Positions 21,515 through 31,687 are shown, counted from the first letter of the stretch. The stretch: DNA of 64,000 nucleotides from an uncultured Pelagibacteraceae bacterium (GCA_902520685.1 CABYPE010000001.1:9255-73254); one strand, 5' to 3'. Made by a program: numbers and translations. Notes: generated by a model not told the origin, from the sequence alone.

Positions 21515-22576
21515 CTAATTTTCCATTAACCATAAACTATTACTAGCTAAAAAATATATTTTTCCATTTAATGGATGCACTTGAATATCTCTAATTCGAC
21601 CTATTTTATCTTTAAAAATTATTTGCTCTTTAACATTGTTTAAATCTTGAAAATTTAATATTCTTAGTGATTGGTCTTTAAGTGATGTAATTAGTGCTTT
21701 TTCATTCCACTCTTTGAATTCTAAACCATTATAAATAGTAATCGCACTTGTAGCAATTGAAGGAACCCAATATTGAATTGCTTTTGTAAAGCCTGGTTTC
21801 CATTTCGGGCCTATTGGTATACCGGAGTAATTTTTTCCTCCCCATCCTAATATTTTCCATCCATAGTTTTCTCCTTTTTTAGCTTCACCAAACCAGTCAC
21901 CTCCTTTTGCCCCATGATTACTCATATAAATTTTTCCATCAAACGGAGAGAGGGTTAAACCTTGAGGATTTCTAATTCCTATTTGATAAATTTCAGGTAA
22001 CCAATCTGGTTTGTTAACAAACTTAGGGTTATCCTCAGGAATACTTCCATCTAGATGAACTCTTATTATACTACCTGGATGTTTAGTTGGATCTTGGGCA
22101 ATCATTCCTTTTCCTCTTTCTCCAGCTGAAGCAAAAAGAAAATTATCCTTAACAACTAATCTTGAACCAAAATGATAACCAGAGTCAATAGGTGGATTTG
22201 CCTGAAATATATTCTTAAATATTAAATTTTTTTTATCAAATTTTGCTCTTGCAATGGAAGTACTTGTTTTCCAATTACCTCTATTTTCAGAATAGGAAAT
22301 ATAAACAAAATTATCTTTAAATAGAATATCCAATAATCCTCCTTGACCATAATCTAAAAAATTTAAATTATGGTGAATTTCAGAAACTCTAAAAGATTTT
22401 ATATTGACAATTTTAATTTTCCCACTTTTTTCAGTTATAATTATTTCATCATTATTAATAAATGATGAGCCCCATGGTTCATCAAGTTTTGCTAATTTTT
22501 GAAAATTATAATTTTGAGAAAAAGTTTTTGATGTAAAAAAAAAGATAAATAGTATTAAAAATAAAACTTTTTTCAC
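21515..22576 (-). CDS. PQQ-dependent sugar (glucose/sorbosone-type) dehydrogenase
   Basis: PW, GQGGLLD, HFGSR, GIRNPQG, NYGW, RIRD motifs; signal peptide from GTG 22576. Confidence 0.9.
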   Translation of the reverse strand: MKKVLFLILFIFFFTSKTFSQNYNFQKLAKLDEPWGSSFINNDEIIITEKSGKIKIVNIKSFRVSEIHHNLNFLDYGQGGLLDILFKDNFVYISYSENRGNWKTSTSIARAKFDKKNLIFKNIFQANPPIDSGYHFGSRLVVKDNFLFASAGERGKGMIAQDPTKHPGSIIRVHLDGSIPEDNPKFVNKPDWLPEIYQIGIRNPQGLTLSPFDGKIYMSNHGAKGGDWFGEAKKGENYGWKILGWGGKNYSGIPIGPKWKPGFTKAIQYWVPSIATSAITIYNGLEFKEWNEKALITSLKDQSLRILNFQDLNNVKEQIIFKDKIGRIRDIQVHPLNGKIYFLASNSLWLMEN

Positions 22577-22577
22577 T

Positions 22578-23288
22578 TTAAGAAAGTTTAGATCTTCCAC
22601 CATCTACTGCAATTATTTGTCCGGTGACCCAAGAACTATCGTCAGTAATAAGAAACTTTGCTAATGAAGCAGAATCTTTTCCCTCGCCCAATCTTTTAAG
22701 TGGATGAGCTTTTGCTATTCCATCAGCTAGAGCTTTATTTTTTAACATTGGCTCAGCAATTTTTGAATGTGTTAGACTAGGAGCTATGCAGTTAACCCTG
22801 ATGTTTGGTGCAAACTCAGCTGCTAAAGAAACGGTTAATCCTTCAACAGCAGCTTTTGTAGAAGCAATTATAGCATGGTTAGTAAATCCTCTTTGAGCAG
22901 CGACTGTAGAAAATAAAACTACTGACCCTTTATTTTTTTTTAAACTTTCTTGGTATCCTTTTATAGTTTCAACTGCAGAATAAAGATTTAGTTTCATGCA
23001 TTTATTAAAATCTTGTTCTGTAACCATTCTCAAAGGTTTTAAATCAATTGAACCTACGCAATAAGCAATCCCCTTAGTTTCTGGTACATCGTTTTTTACT
23101 TTATCAATAAATCCTTCTTCCAAAACATCAGCTACGGTGAATGTACATCCCAGTTTGTCAGAAATAGTTTTAAGCTCAGTTTCATTTCTCGCAACCAAAT
23201 GAGCGTTATTTCCTGAACTTACTAGTTGTTCTGCTAAACTTGATCCGATTGAACCTGTCGCACCAATAACAATATATTTTTCTGACAT
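22578..23288 (-). CDS. SDR family oxidoreductase
   Basis: GATGSIG, IRVNCIAP, HPLKRLG, VDGG; catalytic YxxxK appears as IASTK. Confidence 0.9.
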   Translation of the reverse strand: MSEKYIVIGATGSIGSSLAEQLVSSGNNAHLVARNETELKTISDKLGCTFTVADVLEEGFIDKVKNDVPETKGIAYCVGSIDLKPLRMVTEQDFNKCMKLNLYSAVETIKGYQESLKKNKGSVVLFSTVAAQRGFTNHAIIASTKAAVEGLTVSLAAEFAPNIRVNCIAPSLTHSKIAEPMLKNKALADGIAKAHPLKRLGEGKDSASLAKFLITDDSSWVTGQIIAVDGGRSKLS

Positions 23289-23315
23289 AAAAAATTTTAT
23301 TAGTTATATTTAATT

Positions 23316-24806
23316 ATGAAGTTATTTTTTATACTTGGTAATCAATTATTTCCATTAAAATACCTCGACCGCTTCAAAAAAGACCACATATTCTTTATGA
23401 CAGAAGACAATGGTTTATGTACATACGAAAAACATCATAAGCAGAAAATACTATTATTCTTATCTTCTATGCGGTCTTACGCAGATAAGCTCAAAAAGAA
23501 TGAATTTAAATTAGATTACACAAAAATTGAAGATAAAGAATTTAAAGATGATTACCTTAAAAAATTAAAAAAGATTATTGATTTAAAAAAAATTAAAGAG
23601 ATTTCTAGTTTTGAAATTGAAGATAAATTTTTTGAAAAAAAGATTACTCAATTCTTAAAAAAAGAAAAAATTAATTGGAATATTCTTCGAACTCCTATGT
23701 TTTTAAATTCAAGAGATGAATTTAAAAATTACTTAGGAAAATCAAAAAAACCTTTTATGGCAACATTTTACAAAGAAGTTCGAAAGAAATCAGGAATATT
23801 GATGGGTGCTGATGGAAATCCAATTGGAGGAAAGTGGAGCTTTGATGAAGATAATAGAAATAAATTACCAAAAGATATTTCAATACCAAAATTTCCTAAA
23901 ATTAATGAAACCAATCATACAAAAAAATTAAAGCCAATCGTTGAAAATTTTTTTAAAGATCATCCAGGTAACACCGAGAACTTTTGGTTAGCAACAGAAT
24001 TTGATGATGTAGTGAAGCTCCTAAATTTTTTTATAAAAAATAAATCAAATTTGTTTGGTGATTATGAAGATGCAGTAAATCAAAAAGACAATATTTTATT
24101 TCATAGTGCTTTAAGCCCCTATATCAATTTAGGATTAATAACTCCTGAATTTATTATTCAAAAAATTTTAGATTTTCATAAAAAAAATAAAATAAGAATG
24201 AATTCGTTGGAAGGTTATATCCGTCAGGTAATCGGTTGGAGAGAGTTTATGCGAGGAATTTATCAAAGTTATTCAGAGGAAATGGAGACAAAAAATTTTT
24301 TTAAACAAAATAGAAAAATGAAAAAATCTTGGTACGATGGAACGACAGGTTTGCCACCATTAGATTATGCAATCAAGAATGCATTAAATCATGGCTGGTC
24401 TCATCATATTGAAAGACTAATGATATTATCTAACATTATGAATCTTTGCGAGATTAAACCAAACGTAGTTTATAAATGGTTTATGGAAATGTTTGTAGAT
24501 TCTTCTGACTGGGTAATGGTACCAAATGTTTATGGCATGGGATTATTCAGCGATGGTGGAATATTTGCAACCAAACCTTATATATGCGGATCTGCTTATT
24601 TTATGAAAATGATGGATTTTAAAAAAGGAGAGTGGTGCAATACAATGGATGGTCTTTATTGGAGATTTATAAACCGGAATAGAAAATTTTTTTTAACAAA
24701 TCCTAGACTGTCAATGATGGTAAGAATTTTTGATAAAATGAAAATAGATAGAAAAAAATTAATTTTATCTGAGGCTGATAAATTTATTAAACAAAATACA
24801 ATTTAA
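23316..24806 (+). CDS. Cryptochrome/photolyase family, PhrB/CryB (FeS-BCP)-like bacterial (6-4) photolyase
   Basis: [57 protein letters not shown]. Confidence 0.9.
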   Translation: MKLFFILGNQLFPLKYLDRFKKDHIFFMTEDNGLCTYEKHHKQKILLFLSSMRSYADKLKKNEFKLDYTKIEDKEFKDDYLKKLKKIIDLKKIKEISSFEIEDKFFEKKITQFLKKEKINWNILRTPMFLNSRDEFKNYLGKSKKPFMATFYKEVRKKSGILMGADGNPIGGKWSFDEDNRNKLPKDISIPKFPKINETNHTKKLKPIVENFFKDHPGNTENFWLATEFDDVVKLLNFFIKNKSNLFGDYEDAVNQKDNILFHSALSPYINLGLITPEFIIQKILDFHKKNKIRMNSLEGYIRQVIGWREFMRGIYQSYSEEMETKNFFKQNRKMKKSWYDGTTGLPPLDYAIKNALNHGWSHHIERLMILSNIMNLCEIKPNVVYKWFMEMFVDSSDWVMVPNVYGMGLFSDGGIFATKPYICGSAYFMKMMDFKKGEWCNTMDGLYWRFINRNRKFFLTNPRLSMMVRIFDKMKIDRKKLILSEADKFIKQNTI

Positions 24807-24934
24807 TGAGAAAAGAAAATTTACTATCTAAAACTTGTCCAGTTTGCAAAAGGCCTTTTACTTGGAGAAAAAAATGGAGATTAAATTGGGATAGAGTAAA
24901 ATATTGTTCAAAGAAGTGTTCTAAGCTAAGCTAA
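24806..24934 (+). CDS. DUF2256 small Cys-rich protein (missing from the ORF track)
   Basis: [42 protein letters not shown]; ATG overlaps the photolyase stop; typical photolyase neighbour. Confidence 0.88.
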   Translation: MRKENLLSKTCPVCKRPFTWRKKWRLNWDRVKYCSKKCSKLS

Positions 24935-24939
24935 ACTTA

Positions 24940-25659
24940 GTGAATATAATTGTATTACAACATATTAAAATAGAAGATCCAGGCTACATCAAAGATTTAA
25001 TGTTAATTGATGGATTTAAATTAACCACTATAGAGCTAGATGAAGGTGAAAAAATTCCAAATGATCTCAGTAAATTTGATGGAATGTTTTGTATGGGTGG
25101 TCCAATGGATACGTTTATGGAAAAAGAATATCCATGGTTAATAGAAGAAAAAAAAAAGATTAAAGAATTTGTAATTGATTTAAAGAAACCTTATTTAGGT
25201 TTTTGTTTAGGCTGTCAGTTATTAGGTGAGGTTGTTGGTGGAAAGGTTATAAAATCAAGTCCTGCTGAGATTGGCATAATGGATATTAATTTTACTGAAG
25301 AAAAAAAATTAGATAGTTTATTTTCTAAATTTCCTGATAAAATTAAAAGCTTGCAGTGGCATTCTTATGAAGTTCAAGGAATTGAAAAAAATAAAGATAT
25401 TACTTTGTTAGCTTCATCACCAGTTACTAAATACCAAATTTTTAAATATCAAAATCACGCTTATGGTATTCAATTTCACATCGAAATTAAAGATACAACA
25501 GTTAGCGAGTGGGGATGTGTTCCAGAATATAAAAAAGCTTTAGAAGATCAATTAGGTGATGGCGCATTAGAAAGATTTGATCAATCAGCCAAAAAAAATA
25601 TAGAAGATATGAATAATTATTCAAAAATTTTATATAGTAATTTTAAAAAGCTCTTATGA
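24940..25659 (+). CDS. Type 1 glutamine amidotransferase
   Basis: GGPM, GFCLGCQ nucleophile, QWH, QFHIE. Confidence 0.9.
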   Translation: MNIIVLQHIKIEDPGYIKDLMLIDGFKLTTIELDEGEKIPNDLSKFDGMFCMGGPMDTFMEKEYPWLIEEKKKIKEFVIDLKKPYLGFCLGCQLLGEVVGGKVIKSSPAEIGIMDINFTEEKKLDSLFSKFPDKIKSLQWHSYEVQGIEKNKDITLLASSPVTKYQIFKYQNHAYGIQFHIEIKDTTVSEWGCVPEYKKALEDQLGDGALERFDQSAKKNIEDMNNYSKILYSNFKKLL

Positions 25660-25793
25660 GTAAAAAAAGAAATAAACAGAAAAAGAAAAATCCTATGGCA
25701 AAATTATTAAACTCACCAATGTTAAGAAATAAAATAGTTAAAAATAAGAAAAAAATTTATAATAGAAAAAAGTTAAATTTAGAAAATGAATAA
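25656..25793 (+). CDS. Small basic protein, ArfA-like (missing from the ORF track)
   Basis: MSKKRNKQKKKNPMAKLLNSPMLRNKIVKNKKKIYNRKKLNLENE; overlaps both neighbouring genes; resembles the ArfA core. Confidence 0.6.
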   Translation: MSKKRNKQKKKNPMAKLLNSPMLRNKIVKNKKKIYNRKKLNLENE

Positions 25794-26007
25794 TAAGATA
25801 TTTGAATGGGCAGGAGTTATTACTGCAATATTGTATTCATTATTTGTAGCTATGAATATTGGAATAGAATTTTTCGGTTTTTGCTTATTACTTATATCTG
25901 CAATCTTAATTGGAATTTGGGCTTATAGGGGTGGTCATAGAGGAATACTATTTTTACAATTTTTTTATGCAACTGCTGGAATTATTGGAATGTTTAGGTG
26001 GTTTTAA
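25786..26007 (+). CDS. Small three-TM hypothetical membrane protein
   Basis: 73 aa, almost entirely hydrophobic. Confidence 0.7.
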   Translation: MNNKIFEWAGVITAILYSLFVAMNIGIEFFGFCLLLISAILIGIWAYRGGHRGILFLQFFYATAGIIGMFRWF

Positions 26008-26016
26008 TCATTTGGT

Positions 26017-27159
26017 TTAAATAAAAGTTGAAATTATTTTAGGAATATAATTTTTAAAATTAAAAAAACCTTTATTGCAATATTGCCAAGAACATTGATC
26101 AAGTTTTCTATATAAAAAATCTAATTTTATATTATTAGAATTTAAATAATCTAAGTTTTCCCCAATAGTTGGATATAATCCAATAGTCTGTCCATCTATA
26201 TTTTTTATTTCACTCATATCGATAAGCTCACAATCTATAGAATTATTTTTTAATCTTTGCTCTTGATCACTAATAAGTAGGGATTTAAATTTCACTACTT
26301 TTTTGTTAAGCTTAATAGATCTATTTTCATTTTTGTTGGAAACTAAAAAAATTTTTTTAAATTTATTATTTTGAAAATCAGAGGTTTCAAAAGAGAGATT
26401 ATTTTCAAAAATTAATAGATTTTTATCCTCAATATTTTGTGGATTATTAAAATTTTGTTTAATAATTGAGTAAATTTTTTCTGAAATTTTAGGAGGTGCA
26501 TTTTCGTTTAATTTAATATTATTGAATCTATTATTTGTGAATTTTTTAATATTCCATTCGCTTGCTAAATAATGTTTTCCTTGAGTTTGGACACCTGCCA
26601 CCCATCTCCATCCAAGAGTATTTGATGCAGCATCTCCGTCATAAAGATGTTTCATAAACAATTCTGCACCTAATTGCCAAGGCAACTCTAAGGTAAAAAT
26701 CCAGATACTAGCAAACCACATTCTCGTGTGATTGTGTAAATAATTATTTTCTTTGAGCTCATCTATCCATGAATTAAAGCACTCTATGCTTGTTTTTCCA
26801 TCTATTGCAGCAAGATAATTTTGATTATTTTTGAATTCGCTTTTTACTTTGTTTAATTCAACAAGGTAATCTGACCAAACATTTGGTCTTAATTCTAACC
26901 AACCCTTCCAATATGTTCTCCATAAAATTTCTTGAATAAATTTTTCATTTTTTGAAAAAGAAAATTTAGATAAAGATTTTTTAATTATCTCTTGTTCACT
27001 AATTATTCCATGAGTTATATGAGGAGATAAACAAGAAACATTTGACCTTTTTTTTGGTCCAAAATCAAAATTTCTCAATTTTGAATATTCAGAGAGATTT
27101 TTTTCAATAAACTCATTTAATTTTTCAATGGCTTTTGCCCTTGAACTTTCAAATTTCAT
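26017..27159 (-). CDS. Short DNA photolyase with N-terminal FAD-binding domain (inverted domain order, NewPHL-like)
   Basis: SCLSP, KFIQEILWR, LHNHTRMWFAS, DGDAASNTLGWRW in the N-terminal half; C-terminal alpha/beta region ending in GFFNF. Confidence 0.82.
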   Translation of the reverse strand: MKFESSRAKAIEKLNEFIEKNLSEYSKLRNFDFGPKKRSNVSCLSPHITHGIISEQEIIKKSLSKFSFSKNEKFIQEILWRTYWKGWLELRPNVWSDYLVELNKVKSEFKNNQNYLAAIDGKTSIECFNSWIDELKENNYLHNHTRMWFASIWIFTLELPWQLGAELFMKHLYDGDAASNTLGWRWVAGVQTQGKHYLASEWNIKKFTNNRFNNIKLNENAPPKISEKIYSIIKQNFNNPQNIEDKNLLIFENNLSFETSDFQNNKFKKIFLVSNKNENRSIKLNKKVVKFKSLLISDQEQRLKNNSIDCELIDMSEIKNIDGQTIGLYPTIGENLDYLNSNNIKLDFLYRKLDQCSWQYCNKGFFNFKNYIPKIISTFI

Positions 27160-27165
27160 AGTGAT

Positions 27166-28353
27166 TTATGACCGTAATTTTTTTTTATGATATTTAATAA
27201 ATCTTTCAACATTTGATTTATTGAAAGTTTTATTTTCCTCAAATGAGACTTTTTTCATAGAGTAAGCTGAACTATTTGTTTGTCTAGACTCGATTATTAT
27301 ATTTCCTTTATAAAGTTTAAGTTTCACTGATCCGTTAACTTTGTTTTTTTTGAGGTCTACAACTCTTTGAAGTTTAAACCTTTCCTTAGAATACCAATAA
27401 CCATTATAAATAAGTTCAGCATATCTAGGCATAATCAGATCTTTTTTATGCATTGTTTCTTTATCTAAAGTTACAGACTCAATTGCTCTGTGTGCACTAA
27501 TTAATAAAGTTCCACCTGGTGTTTCATATACACCCCTAGACTTAATTCCTATAAATCTATTTTCAACTAAATCGACTCTTCCTATTCCACTTTTTCCAGC
27601 AACATTATTAAGTTTTTCTAATAGTTTTGAAGGAGACATTTTTTTTCCATTGATTGCGATAGGATCTCCTTTTTTAAAATTAATTGTTACAAATGAGGGT
27701 TTGTTAGGAGCTTTTTCAGGAGAATTAGTTCTTTGAAAAATAAACTCAGGAGCTGAATTTTTTGGGTTCTCTAAAACTTTACCTTCTGTTGAAGTATGAA
27801 ATAAATTATCATCTACCGAAAAAGGTGGAGCTCCTTTTTTATCTTTAGGAATTTTTATTTTATGTTTTTTTGCATAATTGATTAAATCAGTTCTAGATTT
27901 TAATTTCCAAATTCTCCAAGGAGCAATCACTTTTATTTTAGGTCCAAAATAATAATAACCTAATTCAAATCTTATTTGGTCATTTCCTTTGCCTGTAGCA
28001 CCATGAGAAACAGCAAATGCTTTAAATTTTTTTGCAACTCTAATTTGATCTTTTGCAATTAGTGGTCGAGCAATTGAAGTTCCTAACAAATACACCCCCT
28101 CATAAATTGCATGTCCCCTTATCATTGGGTATACATAATTTTTTACAAATTCATCTTTTAAATCTCGTATGATAATATTTTTTACACCAAATTTTTTTGC
28201 ATTATTTAATATTTGTTTTCTATTAATTTTCTGACCAATATCGGCAGTGTAACAAATAATTTCAGCATTGTAATTTTCCTGAAGCCATTTTAAAATTATG
28301 GATGTGTCTAAGCCTCCAGAATAAGCTAGAACAATTTTTTTCTTTGATTTCAT
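27166..28353 (-). CDS. argG: Argininosuccinate synthase
   Basis: LAYSGGLDTS, HGATGKGNDQ, SRGVYETPG. Confidence 0.97.
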   Translation of the reverse strand: MKSKKKIVLAYSGGLDTSIILKWLQENYNAEIICYTADIGQKINRKQILNNAKKFGVKNIIIRDLKDEFVKNYVYPMIRGHAIYEGVYLLGTSIARPLIAKDQIRVAKKFKAFAVSHGATGKGNDQIRFELGYYYFGPKIKVIAPWRIWKLKSRTDLINYAKKHKIKIPKDKKGAPPFSVDDNLFHTSTEGKVLENPKNSAPEFIFQRTNSPEKAPNKPSFVTINFKKGDPIAINGKKMSPSKLLEKLNNVAGKSGIGRVDLVENRFIGIKSRGVYETPGGTLLISAHRAIESVTLDKETMHKKDLIMPRYAELIYNGYWYSKERFKLQRVVDLKKNKVNGSVKLKLYKGNIIIESRQTNSSAYSMKKVSFEENKTFNKSNVERFIKYHKKKLRS

Positions 28354-28356
28354 TAA

Positions 28357-28869
28357 TTAGCTGCAGGCTTTTTTTGCAGCATTATAAGCTTTAGTAAAAC
28401 CTAATAGAGAATAATGGTCAATTGTTTGCGATCCTTTTTGATTGTATCCTGTAATCATAATTCTTGAACCTTTCTTCATAACTTTAACCATTTTCTTCTC
28501 AATTTTATTATCTGCTATCCAAGCAAAACCTTGCTGAACAATGTCAAATTTAATTTTATTTTTTCCTGATGTTGCGGTAACAGAATTGTTTTTATTAAAT
28601 TCATACCCAGGACTAGCACTTATCTCATCCTTAATTTTTTCATCAGGCCTAAAGGTCACAAATAATCTTGCTTCTCTTTTATTTTTTTTAGGTGCCTGTA
28701 AAACAGGAGAAGACTGCGCAAAGCATACTGTACCAGTAGTTTCAACTAAAACCATAGTTTTCCAGTCTTTATATTTTCCAATTTCTTTCAACTCTTCAGC
28801 TTTTAATGTTGTTGAGCTAATTAAAATAACTAATAAAAAATAAACATAAAATTTTTTAATTATGGACAT
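28357..28869 (-). CDS. Invasion-associated locus B (IalB) family protein
   Basis: Signal peptide, KDW..C, YSL.GFT.A ending in C. Confidence 0.75.
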   Translation of the reverse strand: MSIIKKFYVYFLLVILISSTTLKAEELKEIGKYKDWKTMVLVETTGTVCFAQSSPVLQAPKKNKREARLFVTFRPDEKIKDEISASPGYEFNKNNSVTATSGKNKIKFDIVQQGFAWIADNKIEKKMVKVMKKGSRIMITGYNQKGSQTIDHYSLLGFTKAYNAAKKACS

Positions 28870-29897
28870 GGATTTGGGTAAATTTTTTGAATTTCATTAA
28901 TTTCATTAATAACATCATCGGTTAAATTTATATTTACACTTTCTATATTAGTTTTCAACTGATCCATTGTTGTGGCGCCAATAATTACACTCGTCACAAA
29001 AGGCTGAATTTCTAAAAACTTTAAAGACATTTGAGCTAAATCTAACTTATTTTTTTTTGCTATTTTATAATAAGATTCGATTACTTTGTCGGTGTTAGGC
29101 TTGTTGTACCTAGTCCAAAAATCTTTATGTAGTTCAATTCTAGATCCTTTTGGCAGCTGATTATTCATATATTTTCCTGAGAGATATCCACAAGCTAAAG
29201 GAGAATAAGCTAACAAACCTGCTTGTTCTCTAACTGATATTTCTGCAAGACCAACTTCATAGGTTCTATTTAATAAGTTGTAAGGATTTTGTACAGAAAG
29301 CATTCTAGGAAGATTTTTATTTTTAGACAATTCTAAAAACTTTGATAATCCCCACGGAGTTTCATTTGAAAGACCTATATATTTAATTTTTCCCTGATCT
29401 ATAAATTTTTTTAAATCAGCCAATATATCCTCAAATTGAGTCCATTCACTGCTGTCATCGTGCTCATATCCCAATTTTCCAAAAAAATTTGTTTTTCTTT
29501 CTGGCCAGTGTAATTGGTATAGGTCGATATAATCTGTCTTTAATCTTTTTAAACTACCCTCTAAAGCTTCAGTCATATTTTTTGTTCCAAATTGATTTCC
29601 ACCATCTCTTACGTATTCTCTCATAGGCCCACAAACCTTTGAAGCTAAAATTACTTTGTCTCTCTTTTTTGATTTTTCAAACCAATTTCCGATGATTTTT
29701 TCGGTATCCCCAAAAGTTTCCTGTCTTGGAGGAATAGAATAAATCTCAGCAGTATCCCAAAAATTAACTCCTTGATCTAAAGCATAATCCATTTGTTCGA
29801 AACCTTCTTCTTGAGTGTTTTGTTCACCCCATGTCATTGTACCGAGACAAATTGTGCTTACATCAAGGTCAGTATTTCCTAATTTTTTGTAATTCAT
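28860..29897 (-). CDS. Aldo/keto reductase, Tas-like
   Basis: CLGTMTWG, DTAEIY, DLYQLHWP, GLSNET, SVQNPY. Confidence 0.93.
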   Translation of the reverse strand: MNYKKLGNTDLDVSTICLGTMTWGEQNTQEEGFEQMDYALDQGVNFWDTAEIYSIPPRQETFGDTEKIIGNWFEKSKKRDKVILASKVCGPMREYVRDGGNQFGTKNMTEALEGSLKRLKTDYIDLYQLHWPERKTNFFGKLGYEHDDSSEWTQFEDILADLKKFIDQGKIKYIGLSNETPWGLSKFLELSKNKNLPRMLSVQNPYNLLNRTYEVGLAEISVREQAGLLAYSPLACGYLSGKYMNNQLPKGSRIELHKDFWTRYNKPNTDKVIESYYKIAKKNKLDLAQMSLKFLEIQPFVTSVIIGATTMDQLKTNIESVNINLTDDVINEINEIQKIYPNPCP

Positions 29898-29977
29898 TAC
29901 TGTTTTATAGTATTAATTTATTTTAATCTTTTAAGATATCTTGAATAATTAGTAAAAGATTATATATTCATCTCAAT

Positions 29978-30742
29978 ATGGAATTCGATAGAAAAGGAAT
30001 ACTTGGAAGAGCTAAAGCTGCTGCAAAAGAAACTACAGTAGTAATGGACGAGGGCTTAAGAGCCTACATGCTTAAAGTATATAACTACATGGCAACAGGA
30101 ATATTGTTAACTGGTATAATTGCACTTGTAACGTTTAAAATGTCAGTGGTCACAAATGATGCTGGATCAATTGTAGGACTTACTCAAGTTGGTAATGCAA
30201 TTTATATGTCTGGATTAAAATGGTTAGTTATGTTGGCACCTTTAGGAATTGTTTTTTATATGAGTTTTGGAATTAATAAAATGAGTGCATCAAAAGCTCA
30301 AACAACTTTTTGGGTTTTTGCTGGATTAATGGGTTTATCACTATCTTCAATTTTATTAGTTTACACTGGAATGAGTGTTACTAGAGTTTTCTTTATCTGT
30401 TCAGCAACTTTTGGTGCGATGAGCATTTATGGTTACACTACCAAAAGAGATTTAACTAAACTAGGCTCATTCTTAATGATGGGATTAATTGGAATTATAA
30501 TTGCATCTATCGTCAATATTTTTATGAAATCGTCAATGATGTACTTTGTTATCTCAATTTTAGGTGTTTTAATTTTTGTGGGTTTAACAGCTTATGATAC
30601 TCAAAAAATTAAAAACATGTATGCTATTAGTGACTCTGGTGAAGTCATGGGTAAAAAAGCAGTAATGGGTGCTCTTACACTTTATTTAGATTTCATTAAC
30701 CTATTTATTATGCTTTTAAGATTATTTGGTCAAAGAAGATAA
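29978..30742 (+). CDS. Bax inhibitor-1/YccA family membrane protein
   Basis: GYTTKRDL, AYDTQKIK, LYLDFINLF. Confidence 0.95.
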   Translation: MEFDRKGILGRAKAAAKETTVVMDEGLRAYMLKVYNYMATGILLTGIIALVTFKMSVVTNDAGSIVGLTQVGNAIYMSGLKWLVMLAPLGIVFYMSFGINKMSASKAQTTFWVFAGLMGLSLSSILLVYTGMSVTRVFFICSATFGAMSIYGYTTKRDLTKLGSFLMMGLIGIIIASIVNIFMKSSMMYFVISILGVLIFVGLTAYDTQKIKNMYAISDSGEVMGKKAVMGALTLYLDFINLFIMLLRLFGQRR

Positions 30743-30750
30743 TTTAGAAT

Positions 30751-31089
30751 TTATAATTTCTTCCAATTAGTATTTTTTAATAAATTTCTTAAATCAAAAG
30801 AGTTTTTTAAAATTTTACCATTTGTATCGGTAATTAAGTATTTTAAATTTTTATTTTTTGGCCTAAAGTTTTTGCAAATTTTATAAAGAGCACTTTCTGC
30901 ACTATTCTTAAATACACTAAAGCTGACTTGTTTACTCGAAATACTTAGTCCGTAATCTTTCCAGGAGCCCTCAGATACCATTTTTGCATATAAATCTAAG
31001 ATAATTTGTAACTCATTTTTTTCAAAAAAATATTTTTCCTCAATTTTTTTTTGAGAATTGTTTACTACTAATCTTAAGTTATTATTCAT
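30751..31089 (-). CDS. DUF2794 family protein
   Basis: F...EL..IL.LY..MV..G.WKDY motif. Confidence 0.8.
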   Translation of the reverse strand: MNNNLRLVVNNSQKKIEEKYFFEKNELQIILDLYAKMVSEGSWKDYGLSISSKQVSFSVFKNSAESALYKICKNFRPKNKNLKYLITDTNGKILKNSFDLRNLLKNTNWKKL

Positions 31090-31633
31090 TTATTTTATAT
31101 CTATTAATTAAACCAATTTGAAATCCAGTAAAAATAATTGTTATTGGTAACATTCCCCAAACTTTAAAGTTTACCCAAAACTCTTCTGACTGTGTTCTCC
31201 ACACAAATTCATTTAATATCGCTAGACCAAAGAAAAAATACATCCACCTTTTATTAAGAATTTCCCATCCAATATCACTAAGAAGTATTGTTTTACCCAT
31301 AATCTTTTTAAGAATTGGTTCCTTTGTAAAGTATTTTCCAAAAAATAATGCTAAAGCAAATAAAATATTAATTATAGTAGGCTTTACATAAATAAAAATT
31401 GGATCATTAAAATAAATAGTCAGCCCCCCAAATAAAGTAATTAAAATTCCACTTACTAGTGGCATTGGAGGTATTTTTTTTTCAAATATCCACATTATAA
31501 TTAATGCAACTATTGTCGCAATTATTAGCGGTGGGATTGCAATAGATAAATTTTTATCATTACTGTAATAATAGAAAAAAAATATCGCTAAAGGTCCAAA
31601 ATCTGTAATAAATTTTAAAAAAGATTTGTTCAC
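31082..31633 (-). CDS. yciB: Inner membrane protein YciB/IspZ
   Basis: DFGPL, FGGLT, KPTI, W..FF...AILN, WVNFK. Confidence 0.93.
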   Translation of the reverse strand: MNKSFLKFITDFGPLAIFFFYYYSNDKNLSIAIPPLIIATIVALIIMWIFEKKIPPMPLVSGILITLFGGLTIYFNDPIFIYVKPTIINILFALALFFGKYFTKEPILKKIMGKTILLSDIGWEILNKRWMYFFFGLAILNEFVWRTQSEEFWVNFKVWGMLPITIIFTGFQIGLINRYKINE

Positions 31634-31687
31634 TAAAGAGATATTAACATAATTAAGTGTGTCATAAAAACTTTATATTTTTTCTTA

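Noticed and set aside
23241-23270. TGATCC as an RpoE (singlet-oxygen) -35 element for the photolyase
   Set aside because: No matching -10 at the expected spacing; it lies within SDR codons.
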